NCBI GenBank assembly: GCA_002633005.1 | Contig: NMRA01000068.1 | Location: 384,636-448,635, forward strand | DNA: 64,000 bases | DNA from: Phoronis australis | Taxonomy: Eukaryota > Animalia > Phoronida | Direction: 5' to 3' | Part shown: positions 38,355 to 51,812 of the stretch, piece by piece | How the letters are laid out: each line of letters starts with the position of its first letter | Numbering within the stretch: position 1 is the stretch's first letter | The notes under the pieces: model-generated | Database searches by the model: none | Told to the model about the DNA's origin: nothing | What the model saw: only the letters and a program-made list of their open reading frames with translations | Program-made: the position numbers and the translations under genes

Positions 38355-40775
38355 TAGGTGTCACCAGAGTAAGGTCTGTTGTAATTAAGTAGCCTGTACA
38401 TGTGCAGAAGTTGTAAAAATTCTGCTGAAGACGATTGGTCCCGAGTCTCAACGTTAGTTGAACTATGATACTAAGTCCAGGTCCTGGGGTCTAATCTTTG
38501 AACTCCAAATAGAACTTTAAATTAATCTTGACATTTTATGTTCTGCTTATGTGCAAATTCAAGATAAATGTCTCTTGTGTGTTTTGATTTTTGCTGATTA
38601 GTGTCTAGTCTAAGTTCACCCTTGATGACCTGTAGATTCAAGCTATAATCCCTAGTAAAAACTTGAGAATGCTGGGGTCATCAAGTGCAAGGTAGTTGTG
38701 CATGTAAACCATAGTGTATCTGAGCACAGTCACTAACCTTGAATTTGCAAAGAATGTAAAATGTCAAAAATAATATAGAGTACAAAGAGTAGACCCTGGG
38801 TGTAGGTGTTCAAACACGAGCGGGGGGACAATTGAACGAAAGCTTTGTATTATTTATAGATAAACCAAAAGAAGGGATGGACATAATTGTTTCACTTGGA
38901 ACAATAGTTTTCAACCATTTTGAAACCACCAATAAAGTACAGTGCCGTTAGTGCAAACTTTTTGGGTTCTTGAATTAAATGGTTTGAATTATGGTGAATG
39001 TACTTGAATATTCTTATATTTTTTTATACACTGTACCTTAGATATCTCTTCATTTGGTCAAGGAGTATGTCAACCAACACCCGTAAGCTGTGTGTTGATT
39101 GGCTATAGGTATAAGAGTAAAGTTTTCATATCAGTGTTATTAGATTGTCAGAGTTGAATTGGATAACTCGAAAATTTCATTTATTTAAGTTAGTACTAGT
39201 TAAAAAGTTCCTGGAATTGATCTAATGTCAAGGACACGGTTAAAATTCTTCAATTTGGGACGAGAGTAAATGTTTAAATTGCCCTTTTCTAAGGCTTACG
39301 GCATTGATACAATTCCTCAAAATTTAATAAAAGTTTTGGTGATGTCTGTATGATACAACCAACTTGAACAGGTCACTAATCGAGATAGTTTTGCACCAAG
39401 TAAAGAATTATTTCACCCTTTTATGTCTTGAACTGAAGAATTTTCAGCAAGTGGAGTATTCATTTATACCAGGAAATACAAGAATTAAACAATTTGTTCC
39501 TTTTCGTTTTTCAATATTGAAGGCTTTGGTAGACCAGGTTATTTCTTTGGAAACTGTAAACAACGACATTCTGAGTATCGTGTGTACCTGGTGATGGCTT
39601 TAGACTAAATGTAATTGGACACTGATCAAGTTCTACCAAATATATTAATGTCGTCAACACACTAAGAAGAAAGTATGTGACCGATGACATTATTATCACA
39701 TCTTGGTGTTTGCCTGAAGTCTCTTGCATCACCATGAACACAGTGTTTGGAATCAATTTAGAGTCTGTGAGTGCGACAAGCTGACTTCCCATGTTATTGA
39801 CTGCTGTGAAATTCCCAATTTAGGACAGAATATGGCTGACGCGTAAAATTATGTCACCATTTGTTTCATGAAACATGTAGGATCAAATTAAATGCTTTTT
39901 CATGGCAAACCATTGGGCAGTTTTAAAAAACTAGACATTCACGACAATGTAAGAAGTCTAGGAAAAAAGAGGTTTGGGAGATTTTACTGTTCTTCCAAGG
40001 CAGGATTTGGTCATCAAATTGATTGTTATCAGAACTAAGCTGGTTTTCTGTACTTGGACGATTCTAAAGCCCATACACTGCTGTTTGGAATGCAACCCTG
40101 TTTTTGTCTGCAAATGCAGCAAGTTACCATTCCACTAACTGTAAGTGAGAACAATTCATAGATTGCTTCAGCAGGAAGGCCTGCTCTGCTAACCACTTAC
40201 TTGTGGCTTGACCTAATTAGCATTGCATGGGACTCTTATTGAGCACAAATGTAGGTGTTGTCTTGAGTAGTTGATGAAGTGTGTTTCATTAGAGAGTGGT
40301 CTAGCTCAGCTAATGAGTTGCATTTTGGCCCTAGATGGGTACACCTCAATATTATATTTCCTTATCCATGTCCATTTGTTGACTAATCTAAATTGTTATT
40401 TCTGGATTATACAGTAAAACTGGTGTGGGCAGAGATTTCGTTTGAGAAACGTGAAATCTGGTTATTGAAGCGCATATTAATGCACAAACTGGAACAGCCA
40501 TGCTGCTGAACTTTGTCAGAGATTATAGAAAACCAGACTTGTGTGTGCTGAACTTATGCGAGTTTTACTGTGTGTTGTCTGCAGAAAAGTACTTCTAAAT
40601 ATTCTGTGCCTAATGATATAGTTATTATATTCACAGTATTTGGTGCAAACATTGAGAAACTAAATACTTTAATGTTAGAACCTGTTTTGTTGATGTCAGT
40701 CTGTGCGTGCAAGATGGAAATTGAGATTATAATTTTAGTCAGCGTTCTGTTGTTGCATAGTTGTATCTTCTTGTG

Positions 40776-40808
40776 TTTATTATATTTTCTTACACAAGTA
40801 TTAATAAA
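40776..40808. terminator. Candidate opposed poly(A) signals (AATAAA on - at 40776-40781, on + at 40803-40808)
   Basis: Both hexamers are present; T/G-rich to A/C-rich strand skew flips here by eye. Usage is not demonstrated. Confidence 0.35.
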
Positions 40809-40889
40809 ATGTAAAGAACATAAAACAGGATTGTTGTTAACAAGCACAAGAACTACAAGCATGTGATAATTCCCAATACAGCAGGTTTA

Positions 40890-41699
40890 ACAAGAGCAAC
40901 ACAGAGCGTTGAAATGCGCCCACGAATGTATCGCAAATGGTGTGCTTTTAGGGTTTATTTGCATCATAAAAATGGCCACTAGATGGCTCAAAAACGTACA
41001 ACCCATCCAAAAATGGAAACATGCCATAATGTATTTCATAAAAGTCTGTCCAGGAACTTCAGAGAAATGAAGGAAAATAGAACAATATGAAATTGCCACT
41101 TGTGGGCACAGCGTCCGTTCCATCCACCTGAAAGTCGTAATCTGTTATCTTCATACAAATTCACTTACTAAATTTAATAAAGATCCTGCAGTGGGTTTTG
41201 GAGATACAGCTACGGGCGCAAAACTACCACTAGGAGGTGCCACAGTAGTCAGCCACCATCATCAAACGTCCTCTTCACAAAGAAAACATGTACGCCAATT
41301 TTCAAAACCATCCCTAAATGATTTGGTTGATCGAGGGGTGGATGCCAAACACAAGATAGAAAACAGCAAAAATGGCCACCAGGTGGAGCAAAATACCTCG
41401 CTTCCATCCAAAAACAGGATGATGGCGTCATCTCACCAATAGATGCCCATATTTAAAATTTTATGAAAATCTGTTGAGGACCTTCGAAGATACAGACTGG
41501 TAAATGTAAAAAAAAATAAACTTGCCACTAGGGGGCACACCGGTAGTCGGATCGGTCCGAAACTTCGCTCATGCTGTCCCATCCATGGAAGGAACACGTG
41601 TGTAGAATTTCAAGGTGTTTTGGAGATAGAGCAGCGGACGCTGGACGGACGGAGATGACGGCATAATGCGTCCACATATAAATATGTGGGCGCATAAAA
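40890..41699 (-). mobile_element. Family A complete short copy (~810 bp)
   Basis: On -: tttt-atgcgcccacatattt/atatgtggacgcat hairpin, ccgtccgtcc microsatellite, ~5 internal units, then gtgggcgcat subTIR, caacgctctgtgttg hairpin, ctcttgtt. This is the HINE/DINE-1 layout. Confidence 0.85.
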
Positions 41700-42711
41700 C
41701 TGATGGCATAACAGGTTCAAATTGGTCTACATTTTTAGTAAAGCATTCAATACACAATCTATCCTACATCAAACCAGTTCCGTTAAGCCAGCCCCGAAAA
41801 CATGTTTGCAGCTTTGACAAGCTACTGCAACCTTGAGACACTGACCAAGTTAACAGGAACCCAACTCACAGTCCCCCACTGACAAGATTCTTGGCTGTAA
41901 GTCTACTTACTGAAGTGCAGCTTCAGAGAGTGTTGCTGTGGAAATGAACTAATTATTGCTAGGTGAATGACACATTGGTTGGACTCCAGCCAGTAAATAT
42001 CCAACACAGCTGAAGTCTTCACTTACGTAAGAGTTTATGTCCTTTACCTTATGGTGTACCATATGTATTTTACCAAGAGGACTCACTGATATTCAAGGTA
42101 AATGAGAAAATTCAGTAGCATGCATTATGGCCAAACAACCTTATGCAGTAGTATATTTTTGGAAATAGTAATATAATGCAGTAAAGTCACAGTGTAGAGG
42201 AAACCAAACTTCTTCAGCAGGGTCACATTTTGCCAGCAAGTTTGTGATAACGTTGACACACCCCCTGAATCTCTAGTGTGCAAATCAATCCAAATCCATT
42301 AAGCTACCTTAGCTACAATATCTTAGTGTCTCAGACAACTAGGGGCCTACCTCACAGAGGAACCCTGTCTTGTGAGACTTGATACTAAATGGGGTGAAAA
42401 CGATGGCTACCGATAAGCGAGGGGTAGTTTGGAGCAACAAGAAACAAATAATGTGGTACTGAATGCAAAATCATCAAAACAACTTGAGATGTAACACATG
42501 TTGTAATTTCTACCCAATGGGCATGTTCAAGGAAACAGAAAAAGAAAACTCCCTCTCAAAACTGGCCACAACACACAGGTAGAAAGAGTACAACAGTCAT
42601 TAGAACAAGGAATTGCTGCAATCTTGAGAAATATTTTTAGCTGCGCCTCAGGACTAGTGGCAATACATCGGAAATGGCCAATTCAAGAAAGTAAAAACAC
42701 AAACGTGTGCA

Positions 42712-43029
42712 CTAGATATGCTTCTTCAATGTTGGAATTCGACTCCTTGTAACAGCTCCCAGCACTCCATACAAAAGGGTTAGTGACAAAATGATGAATC
42801 CAAACCCTATCGGGCCCATACCAATCCACAAGTACAAGAATAAATAAAACATAGCGAGCAAAAATAGAGTTTGCTTCCTGGCCAGAAATCGTAGCGTGAC
42901 TCTTGGTTGCAGCTGACGAAATGATGCACTGGGCGAGGAGATCTCTAGAGGTGGAGGGGCAAAGTACTGCTCAGCCAAGCGTCCAATGAAATCTTGCCTT
43001 GAACACAGCTGTTGCATGTCTGATGAATA
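42712..43029 (-). CDS. SMPD4: Sphingomyelin phosphodiesterase 4, last coding exon (C-terminal hydrophobic/TM region)
   Basis: LCSRQDFIG...PRVTLRFLA resembles vertebrate SMPD4 LCSRDDFLG...PRLSLRFLG as recalled; acceptor ttgtttcag; TAG stop. Confidence 0.9.
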   Translation of the reverse strand, partial: YSSDMQQLCSRQDFIGRLAEQYFAPPPLEISSPSASFRQLQPRVTLRFLARKQTLFLLAMFYLFLYLWIGMGPIGFGFIILSLTLLYGVLGAVTRSRIPTLKKHI

Positions 43030-43405
43030 CTGAAACAAAATCAATACGTTGCTTTACAAATCTTAAGCCCAGTGCACATGGTCTGTTTGTCATATACTGC
43101 TGTTGTTTACTATTCTTCGATGACAAATAACCTCTGTCTACAAGGCCCAATTGCCATGTACAACATCATACATGGCATTTTATCTAAACATATCATGTAG
43201 GAGCACAATTACAAGTGTGCAACGTCCAATTTGTCCTATACAGCAGTGACACCTAACAATCGCACAAACTAGACATGGCATAAAGTGATAAAATGTCCAC
43301 TGACGTGCTAAATTATTCAGCCAAGATCAGTTAGCGTGAATATGACAGAAGCGGCGGCGGTAATAAGATAATCATAACTACACAAAACGTAGAATCATTT
43401 AGTAC

Positions 43406-43534
43406 CCTGTCATTTATATACGTTGACACTTTGTGAAGTAGGCGCACACACACTGCACTCTCAAAACTTCTGATTGGCTGAAGGTCTGGGTCACCAGTGT
43501 AAGAGATGTTGAACTTTCTCAAGCCATGAATTAT
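43406..43534 (-). CDS. SMPD4: SMPD4 exon
   Basis: [29 protein letters not shown], the conserved GDP.LQPIRS.E motif; 129 bp, ag/gt, phase 0/0. Confidence 0.93.
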
Positions 43535-45288
43535 CTGGAATATGAAAAAGGTGAAAGAGACTGGAAATCATAAATCGCAGGCATATCTGATGCATACACT
43601 GTTCTATAAATTAGTGTTTGTTTTTTGGCCAAGCAAAATCAGTGATGACCACAAACTAAAATGCTGTAAGATGCAACAAACGTTTCACCATATGGTTACT
43701 GCATTAACTGTGTAGGCATACAGTGTGCAGCATATATCAAAAGTAAGACTCAACAGCAGTTTAAACAAATTCAAGTAACTGCATCCCATGAAATGTGTCG
43801 GAATATCCATACTGCTGCCCTTTGAGTACAGCATCAGAAAACAGGAAAAAAACAATGCGAACAACCACATACCCTAGAGCATGAAAAATTTAATTGAGGT
43901 CCCAGGAAAAACCCGATTCATTGCAAAGACACATGGCTTTGGCACTTTTTAGACCAGATCAAAGATGACGATTCATTTTGATGTATAATATACAAAAATT
44001 CGGCTTAATTTGAAATTTAGCTGCCTTATACACCAAACTCGAGTCCATCATTTTCAAAACGTACACATCAAAACATACTACTGGGAATTTCTGAGAGTCC
44101 CCACTAAGAGAGGCCCACAAGGTCTTCCTCAGAAAGGAGATTTGAAAAAGACCTCATGGGGGCCCTTTCAAGGTGTTGTCAGAATTTAGACTGGCACTGT
44201 TCTTAGTTTTACTTTGTTTTAGTGTTCTGTTTGTATTATTGATTGGCATGACCCCTGAGGTCAGTACAGTGACGATGTAATTTGTTTACTACAGAGTAGT
44301 GAAAAAAATGTGACATAAGGTCATTTTGCTTGTATGGTACATACACAGACATTCAAGGCAATAGAGTCACTCTTTTTCCAATTTGGCCCTTAAAAGGATG
44401 CTGTTAAATTATTTCAAGCTCATCGCTTATCAACTAAGACATCACCACACTTTCCTAATATCTGAAAAATTGCTGACAAAGTGAAATCATCCTGTTACAA
44501 TAAACTGTCCATGACTTAATGAGAATGCTGCGGTCAGCAATAAAACTTTCTGAAAGAAACCCAGCACTTTTTTCTGAAAGATTCCCCTGGGAGGCTCTTT
44601 TTGGATGACAGTATAATACAGGTCTAACAAATACACCAACGATACACTATTAACTGGAACCCGTCCTATTTATTCTACAACTGGGGACCATTACCAATCA
44701 CAAACATCTGCCTAACTGCAACCCGTAACTATATAACCTATGAACCGGGTAGCGCGCAACATATACCCCAAACAAGTACCTGAATGAACTATAATTACAT
44801 GTTAAACAACAAAGCACTCTGAACTCAGCTCGTTAGACACACGAGATACAACATACTATGCTGAAATACTCAGTACAGACATACAACAGTGTGGCTGACA
44901 GTCTGCGCTCAATCTAACAGAAAATTCAGCATCCGAGAAAATACATGATTCACTCTAGAGGTCTTGCCAATAAATGCCGCTGAACTCAAGAAACACCGGT
45001 CACCAAAAGCGCGCAACAATACAAAAGCACAAAGGTAACAATAGCTGGCCAGTCAAGCTACTATTCATCTACGTAAATGCCACATGTAGCAACTAGAATA
45101 AACCAGGTAACTGAAAAAGACTAATCACCATGGTGAAAGATTTACTGCCACTAACCAAAGATATAAACAACATGATAAGTAAATGAAATAGAACAACACA
45201 ACAAGCAATGACAACAATGATGCACAGCATCAACAGAACAATACCAAAATATGGACCAAAAGCAAATATGACAAAAGGAACCACATAC

Positions 45289-45426
45289 CTGATACCTGCC
45301 CAGAGGTGTCAGCTCACACCCTTCAGCAGTTCGAATACTGTCAGGCTCCTGAGAGTGTATCACAGAGGAATTCAGACTGATGGAGCTTCCAGGTGAGACA
45401 CCAGTGAGCTCACGTGGTTGTTCAAG
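45289..45426 (-). CDS. SMPD4: SMPD4 exon
   Basis: Ends in conserved ELTPLGRYQ|gtatgt; acceptor ttgctttag; 138 bp. Confidence 0.9.
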
Positions 45427-45729
45427 CTAAAGCAAAATAGAAACAATTGATAAGCACCTCACAAAATTGAAGCGGTCTTAGTCTAGTAAGTTTATGTAGG
45501 ACCTTATTGAGGAACATCAATTCAAAGTCAATTACCATAAAAACAAGGCTGTGTCAACCAGTAAAAGTACCTATTTTCTGAATTTCAAAAAAGAAAGATG
45601 AGGGATAATAAAAACATCAAAATACACTTGATACTTACGAGTACTATTATTACAATGTGGTTTTCAATTTCAAGGTACATTGATTTCATAGCACAACAAA
45701 CCCTAAGTGGATTTTAATGAAACCTTTAA

Positions 45730-46570
45730 ATGAAAACTTGCCGATATCTCTAAAAAACAGGTAGGAATTTTCAAATACTCATTTAGTTTTGTTTCTACGC
45801 CAAACTAACTCGCAAAACGTAAGGCATTTTTGTAAAAAACAGAAGTCGTATTCATCTATGGCATAGTACAATAAAACTACGCGTTTACAAAAATCCTAAC
45901 AGCATTTTTGAGATTGATGAAGAAATTATATTAATATTTTAATGTTCCAGTGAAATTTACAGAGCCGTTTTCAAGAACTTGTGTTCCTAAATAATAAACG
46001 TGTACTAATAAACGGCAACTCGCCTCGCACCAATCCTGACTTAGTCAAGAGCTCAGGCGACGAAGACTTCACGGGTCGGATTGTTAGATTTCACAGGATA
46101 TCAGTTCGAACCGGAATACACTGATCAAAAAATACTACAGCGGAGGCGCCGTGAACATGCACAGGCAACGGAACGTATGGATAGTTCTTTGGTAAGCCGG
46201 ACTTTGTCAGAGAAATCACTGTCGACGAAATGCCGGCCACAGACACGGAGATGTTTCATGGCCTCATACTTGCTATTAACAGCCTACCTTTCATTCTTCA
46301 CTACCGCGAGCCACTTCCTAAGCATTTTGGGCTCTTGAGGAAGTCGAAAAAACGATATACCGGCTTTCTTCGCAGCTTCATAATTTGGACAAGTGGGAAC
46401 GATGCATCGCAATATAGCGGCATTCACTCTGCAGACGAACCACTGACGTCGCTGCGTCGTTTCTCACCTTCCTCACAGGTTAACGCGAAACCTCTCGGCA
46501 AGGTGAGGTCGACCGTATAAGAGGAGATGTGTATATAGACCGATTAAGACGGTAAAAAAGACATTCTCCT
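45730..46570. mobile_element. Kolobok-like non-autonomous element with THAP-domain relic
   Basis: Minus strand ~46412-46170 reads RCIVPTCPN..ISFFRLP..RKWL..*..RVCGRHFVDSDF (THAP). Plus strand YQFEPEY at ~46100. Right end ..tctcct|TTAA. Left boundary uncertain. Confidence 0.6.
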
Positions 46571-46693
46571 TTAAGTTGATTTGCCAAGGCCGAGAAAAAG
46601 CTGAAAACATCATGAGTTGGTTTTCAATTAATTATACAGTAAAAAAATTGTTTTTGGTAAATATAACCTATGCATGCCATTCTTTTTGAACAT

Positions 46694-46826
46694 ACACTCA
46701 GTGCACAATGACACACTCAGAGTACAATGACACATTCAGTGCACAATGACACACTCAGTGCACAATGACACACTCAGTGCACAATGACACACTCAGTCCA
46801 CAATGACACACTCAGTGCACAATGAC
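46694..46826. repeat. Minisatellite, 19-bp unit x7 (ACACTCAGTGCACAATGAC)
   Basis: Contiguous units read directly. Confidence 0.95.
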
Positions 46827-47189
46827 AAGACTTATCACAAAAAACCTTTTAATTTAATTGTAAGTTGTTTTTCAGTGCCTCCAGGCAAACAAGGTCAGAA
46901 GAGGAGTTAAGTACAATGTCAGTACCAAAACAGTGCATTGTGGTAAACAGCATATGAATCACAAGGGAAAAATCAACAGTTAACTATGAAATGTAGAATA
47001 GAGTAAGTGTGGTTAAAGGGCAGACGTTACTGATGAAATGAATGAATTTTGGAGAGGGTTTGGTTTTTACAACTTGCCTATGTTCGTGAAAACAAAAAGT
47101 GCCAGACGCAATGCGGCAATTCTGTGTATTTGTTGAATATACAGTCAGGCAGACACACAACTCTCTCAGCATGAAAAAAAATAGACAAA

Positions 47190-48122
47190 GTGCAGGTGGT
47201 CTGATGTCATTTGCGGTGCATCAGACGTGCGCAGGCCTCATGATTGGGCCCATTGCACAAAACACCTGAGCAAAAGCACCAGAGCCCAATTATGGCTCCT
47301 TGTGAAGAAAGTTTTCAAGTCTGCCAGTCTCCTTTAGGAAAACGGACAGACGTTTCCATTTGTTGCCATGCACTATATGTTGTAGGCATGTAACAGTGCC
47401 ATCCAGTAGATTGCTCCTTAGCCTATAAAAAGCTGGGCAAGACTCTACCAGGTGTTTAGGAGATTCTATGTTAGTACCACACTCAGGATACACAAGGCTC
47501 CCCATATGCCCAGTAATGTGTCTGTGTCAGGCTAGGTTGCAGTGGCCCGTCAAAATTTGAATGACGTGTCTTATACCAAATCTTTCTAGACTCAGAAGGC
47601 TTTTTGAACCTTTTGGTTCGATCATGTTGGGAAAATTCTCCTTGGTCTCTCTGCAGGAGTTAAGTGATACCCACTGGGTATGTACCCAGTTGCGTATACT
47701 TATCCTGCAACATCCGTAAGATACCGGGATAGCAGGTTCAGCCACAAAATGCAGAACGCTTGCTCCTATATTTGCGAGTCTGTCTGCATTCTCATTGCCA
47801 TCAATTCCCACATGGGCCCTGACCCAGCGTATAATGACCGTTGTTTAAATTGGAAGCTTGTTAAGCTCATTAATACAAGCATTAACACAACGAGAATTGA
47901 CCCTTAGTTTCTTTAGGGCTTTTATTGCTGCCTGGCTATCTGAAAATATGGTAATTGGCCGATTGCCAAGTTCAGTGTTATATTGTTGTGCCAGTAGAGC
48001 AGCTCACCGTCTATTAATTGCAGTGATCTCAGCCTGAAACACCACGGCAAAATTGCCTAGCGATACCCAGTTTTCTGCATCTGCAACAAGAAGGCTTGGA
48101 AAGTAGACTCCAGCACCTGCAT
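47190..48122 (-). mobile_element. Non-LTR retrotransposon 3' relic with RNase H and C-terminal Cys/His region (I/LOA/R1-like group)
   Basis: AGAGVY, VFQAEITAI, IFSDSQAAIKAL, WVRAHVGIDGNENADRLA, ILTGHC, ESPKHLVESCPAF, broken by stops and frameshifts. Confidence 0.85.
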
Positions 48123-48288
48123 GAAAACTAAGTTTTGTCTTAATTTTTCACGGCATCTTTGTATGCTATCTACACCTCATTGACTCAATATTATAATGAA
48201 TGAAAGGACTGTGAAATGTGAATACATACAGAACTGCTCATGCCTGATGGGAGATTTGAGAGACAGCTCTGCAACCTTTGAACTTGGA

Positions 48289-50191
48289 TGTGAATGAAGC
48301 TAGCTCCTTCGTACCGCACATTGTACTATGAGTACTGTTGAATACTATTTTGTTTATGAATGGTCGAGGGCTCTCAGGTTGCTGAGACCAAGCCTGGATT
48401 ATACACCATGTTCAGACACTGCTACGAATATATTGTCCTACTGGTCAGACGTGTTTTTGTGCTGCACGAGTCTCAAGACATCATTAAGGTGACATTTACA
48501 GTCATTTGCCATTTTCCTTGTAATTTGCCTTTAATGTGTTCTACTTTGCCAGTTATGTGTTCGTAAATTGTTACTGAGTATTTTGCGAGTTCCAGTTCCA
48601 CAGACACTATCTTGATCCCCTGCAACTTGTTGACTCCCATGCAACTACAGTTGTGGAACTTACGTCTTCAACATGAGCCACTTCGGGAGCAAATCACCAA
48701 CCGTAAAGAAAAGGACAACTGGTGCCCCTGGGTTCCTTAAAACTAAGAAGCCAAACAATGCGGATTCTAACCAATCCACGAGAAATTCAAAGTCGTCAGC
48801 CAATTCCAAAAAGTCTCATGTGAAAGTAGAGAGGTTGGAAATCAAATTACAAAATACTGAGCAAGAAAATAAAATTGCTAAACTTGAACTGCAAAAACTA
48901 GAAACTCTGAAAAAGCTGTGTGCAGCTAAGCCCATATGTCAGGTAACAGATTATTCTAATAGTTTGTGTTCTAGTAATACTGGTACTTTAGATTTACCTG
49001 AAGCTGACGATAGTAAAGACTTCATACAGGAGTAGGTGAACTCGAGGGATATTTATGTAAACCCTATTGTGTCAAGTAGTAGTGCTAAACTAAGTCCTTT
49101 AAAGTCAAGGAAATTATTCCAAACATTGCATAGACCTCAATCGCTCATCAGCCAATTACTTCAACTAGCAATTCTTCTGTTCCCCATGTTTGTAGTCCTG
49201 TTTATGTGGGTAGACATAGTCAGACATATTATAGTGTGGCAAACCTGCCCATTGTTTCTTATAAACACTACAATTATCAGCCTGTTGATACTGCTACTTT
49301 GTGGTTCACAATCCAGTCAGTGTGTGTTGCTAAGCATGTAGAGTAAATTAATCTAGGACGTCTTCTGCTACCTGAGCTCATTATTTTTGACAGTGATTCA
49401 TTAAAATACCCAGGGTGGAAATGCACCTTTGAGTCACTGATTGACAACAGTACCATTCCACAAACAGAGAGAAAGATAGAAACTTCTCAGATTTAATGCC
49501 ACCAAATACGAAAGTGAATTTAGTCCTGACACAGCTAAATTTGTTCAGAGAAATTTTTATGCGGACGATGGACTCGTATCACTGCCGACTGACCAGGAAG
49601 CAACAACTTTAATTGAAAACACCAAAGCACTATGCGCTAAAGGTGGATTAAGACACTGCACACGTTTATGTCCAACTCTAAAGCAGTGATAAAGTTAATT
49701 GATCCTAATGATCACTCGTGTCAGCTAAATGATGTGAATCTTTTGCAGGATAGTCTTCCAGTGGAAAGAGCACTTGGCATGAATTGGTGTGTCGAATCAG
49801 ACACTTTCCAATTACTCTGCAAGATAAGCCACTGTCCAGACAGGTATTTTAGCCACTGAAGCTTCTGTGTATGACCCTTTAGGCGCTCGGTCAATGAGAC
49901 TGAGCCCGGGTTATACGCCATCTTCAGATTCTGCAGCGAATATTGTCCTACTGGTTGGACACGTTGTTTTGTACTGCGCGAGTCTCAAGACCCCATTTAT
50001 GTGCAATTTACTGTCACTTGCTGTTTTGCTTGTAATTTGCCTTTAATGCCTTCTACTTTGTGAGTTACGTGTTCGCGAACTGTTACTGAGTATTTTGCAC
50101 GTTCCAGATCCACAGATGCCATCTTGAACACATGTAACATAAAGGTTCAAATGTCCTGTGCAACTTGTTGTTTGTCTTGCATGCAACTACA
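48289..50191 (+). mobile_element. BEL/Pao LTR retrotransposon, internally deleted
   Basis: TG..CA ends with TTGGA duplicated on both sides; direct repeats ~48375-48649 and ~49890-50191; gag-like LPELIIFDSDSLKYPGWK..FESLI; RT NFYADDGL..LCAKGG, ERALGMNW, ASVYDPL. Confidence 0.85.
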
Positions 50192-50513
50192 TTGGATGAG
50201 TAATTTTCACACGGTTGAGGTAGATCTCGGAAATAATATTTTCTACCACAAACAGGCAAGATTTTGATTATAAAGTGAACTAGAAATTAATATAAAGATT
50301 TATCCACACCAGTATTTAATATTGTAAAAAACTTTAAAGTGTAAAAGTAAGGCTCTACATATTTTTAAAACATAAACTGTAATTATGGACAGCCACTTGC
50401 TCTCAACTGGAACTGCACATTAGTAAACTAACACATCTTGAACTCAGAGATGTTTAAAATACACAAAACACCCTTCTCTCACTGACAAACATCCAACACA
50501 CACACACTCTCAC

Positions 50514-50753
50514 CTTGAAAAATTCACACAAGTTCTCAATGACTGCCTCTAAATGCAAAGTCAACTTCTTTGTATCCCCGGCAGTATAGTCATCTAGAGG
50601 GTCACTACTGGTGAACCTTGAAGCGTTGTAGTCCACCATGGCACCAAACCCTAGCCACGACAAGAGACTACTATCACCATTGGACGTGGAAGACTTGTTC
50701 ATATTAGCAACTGAAGCTGACGCCTGAGCCGTAATCCGCAGTAGCTGCTCAAT
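50514..50753 (-). CDS. SMPD4: SMPD4 exon
   Basis: IEQLLRITAQA...LLSWLGF...LCEFFK|gtgaga; 240 bp, phase 0/0. Confidence 0.9.
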
Positions 50754-51506
50754 CTGGAATTTAAAAATAGATGAAGTTAAACCATTACTGGATTAAGGTT
50801 TCATCTGGGCAAGGCTAAACCCTCACTGCCAGGAGATTCACATTATTTTGCTTTTGTATGGGCACTGTAAAACATACATCATTGGATTGCCCATATGAAA
50901 GGTGCACAAACAAAAGTGCTGGTGTCCGTTTGGTGGAAGGTCATTGTTAAGACTGCTGTAGTCATGTAAAGATGGTGATGTGAATGTATGTTAAGAGAAC
51001 TTCCGGTACGTGGTAGTCATCAAGGTTCAAAAGATCGTTCACAATGAACGCCATTGTCACTAGTGTACAAAATGTACATATTTCCGATCCTTGCCTGGTC
51101 CTGAAAATGAACAAAAAATTTTATATCTTTATATAATTATCACATTTATTTACATTAAGCTGTATGACACTCCATACAATGGTTCGTATGTACACCGAGG
51201 TATTAAAATAAAAATACAATGTTCAACCATTTCTCCATGTAATTTTCATGCAATTATTGAAGCGCTAAATTTTTGTCTTTTTGCGAGAGTATTGTTACCA
51301 CGTCAAAAACGTACGCTTGTAGGCCTTAACCTGATACCTCCCAACAGCGTACTTCTGAAAATGGCGATACTTGTGAATGGTCCCTATCCATATGTTAGTA
51401 AGGTGTTGAGCACTAAATATTTATTGACAGACAGGTTATGTGCCTAATACTGTATTGACTTGGCTAAAACAGCTGGATCAACATTCTACTGAAAAATCCT
51501 GCTTAC

Positions 51507-51682
51507 CGATTTCCTAATCTCCACACCAAACAGAGGCTTGTAGACGAAGTTAGGTCCTTCCAGTTCGAATACGTGTGGACTGACAGGGGAACCTCGGCCA
51601 CTGGAGGCTAGACTCAGGTAACTGGCGCCAACGTCATGAAAATGAGAATGACCTTGGGGACTGTCGTACAGACTACCTTCAG
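51507..51682 (-). CDS. SMPD4: SMPD4 exon (not in the ORF track in this frame)
   Basis: Hand translation AEGSLYDSPQ...HVFELEGPNFVYKPLFGVEIRKS resembles SMPD4 HVYSLEG..Y.PMFG.E; acceptor ttttccag, donor gtaagc; phase 1/0. Confidence 0.88.
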
Positions 51683-51736
51683 CTGGAAAACAATATGTTT
51701 ATAAAAATGCAACACTTGACCATTACTTGCCAGTGG

Positions 51737-51812
51737 AGGAGGCAGTGTGACTTTGAGTGTCTGCCTCCTGTTTACAAAGTCATAGGTTCGAATTCTACTG
51801 GTAACTGGACCC
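51737..51812 (+). mobile_element. tRNA-derived SINE head
   Basis: B-box GGTTCGAATTC; the same sequence occurs inverted at 57002-57068. Confidence 0.55.

Noticed and set aside
46694-46826. Possible CRISPR array
   Set aside because: Head-to-tail 19-bp units, no unique spacers, no cas genes, eukaryotic intron.
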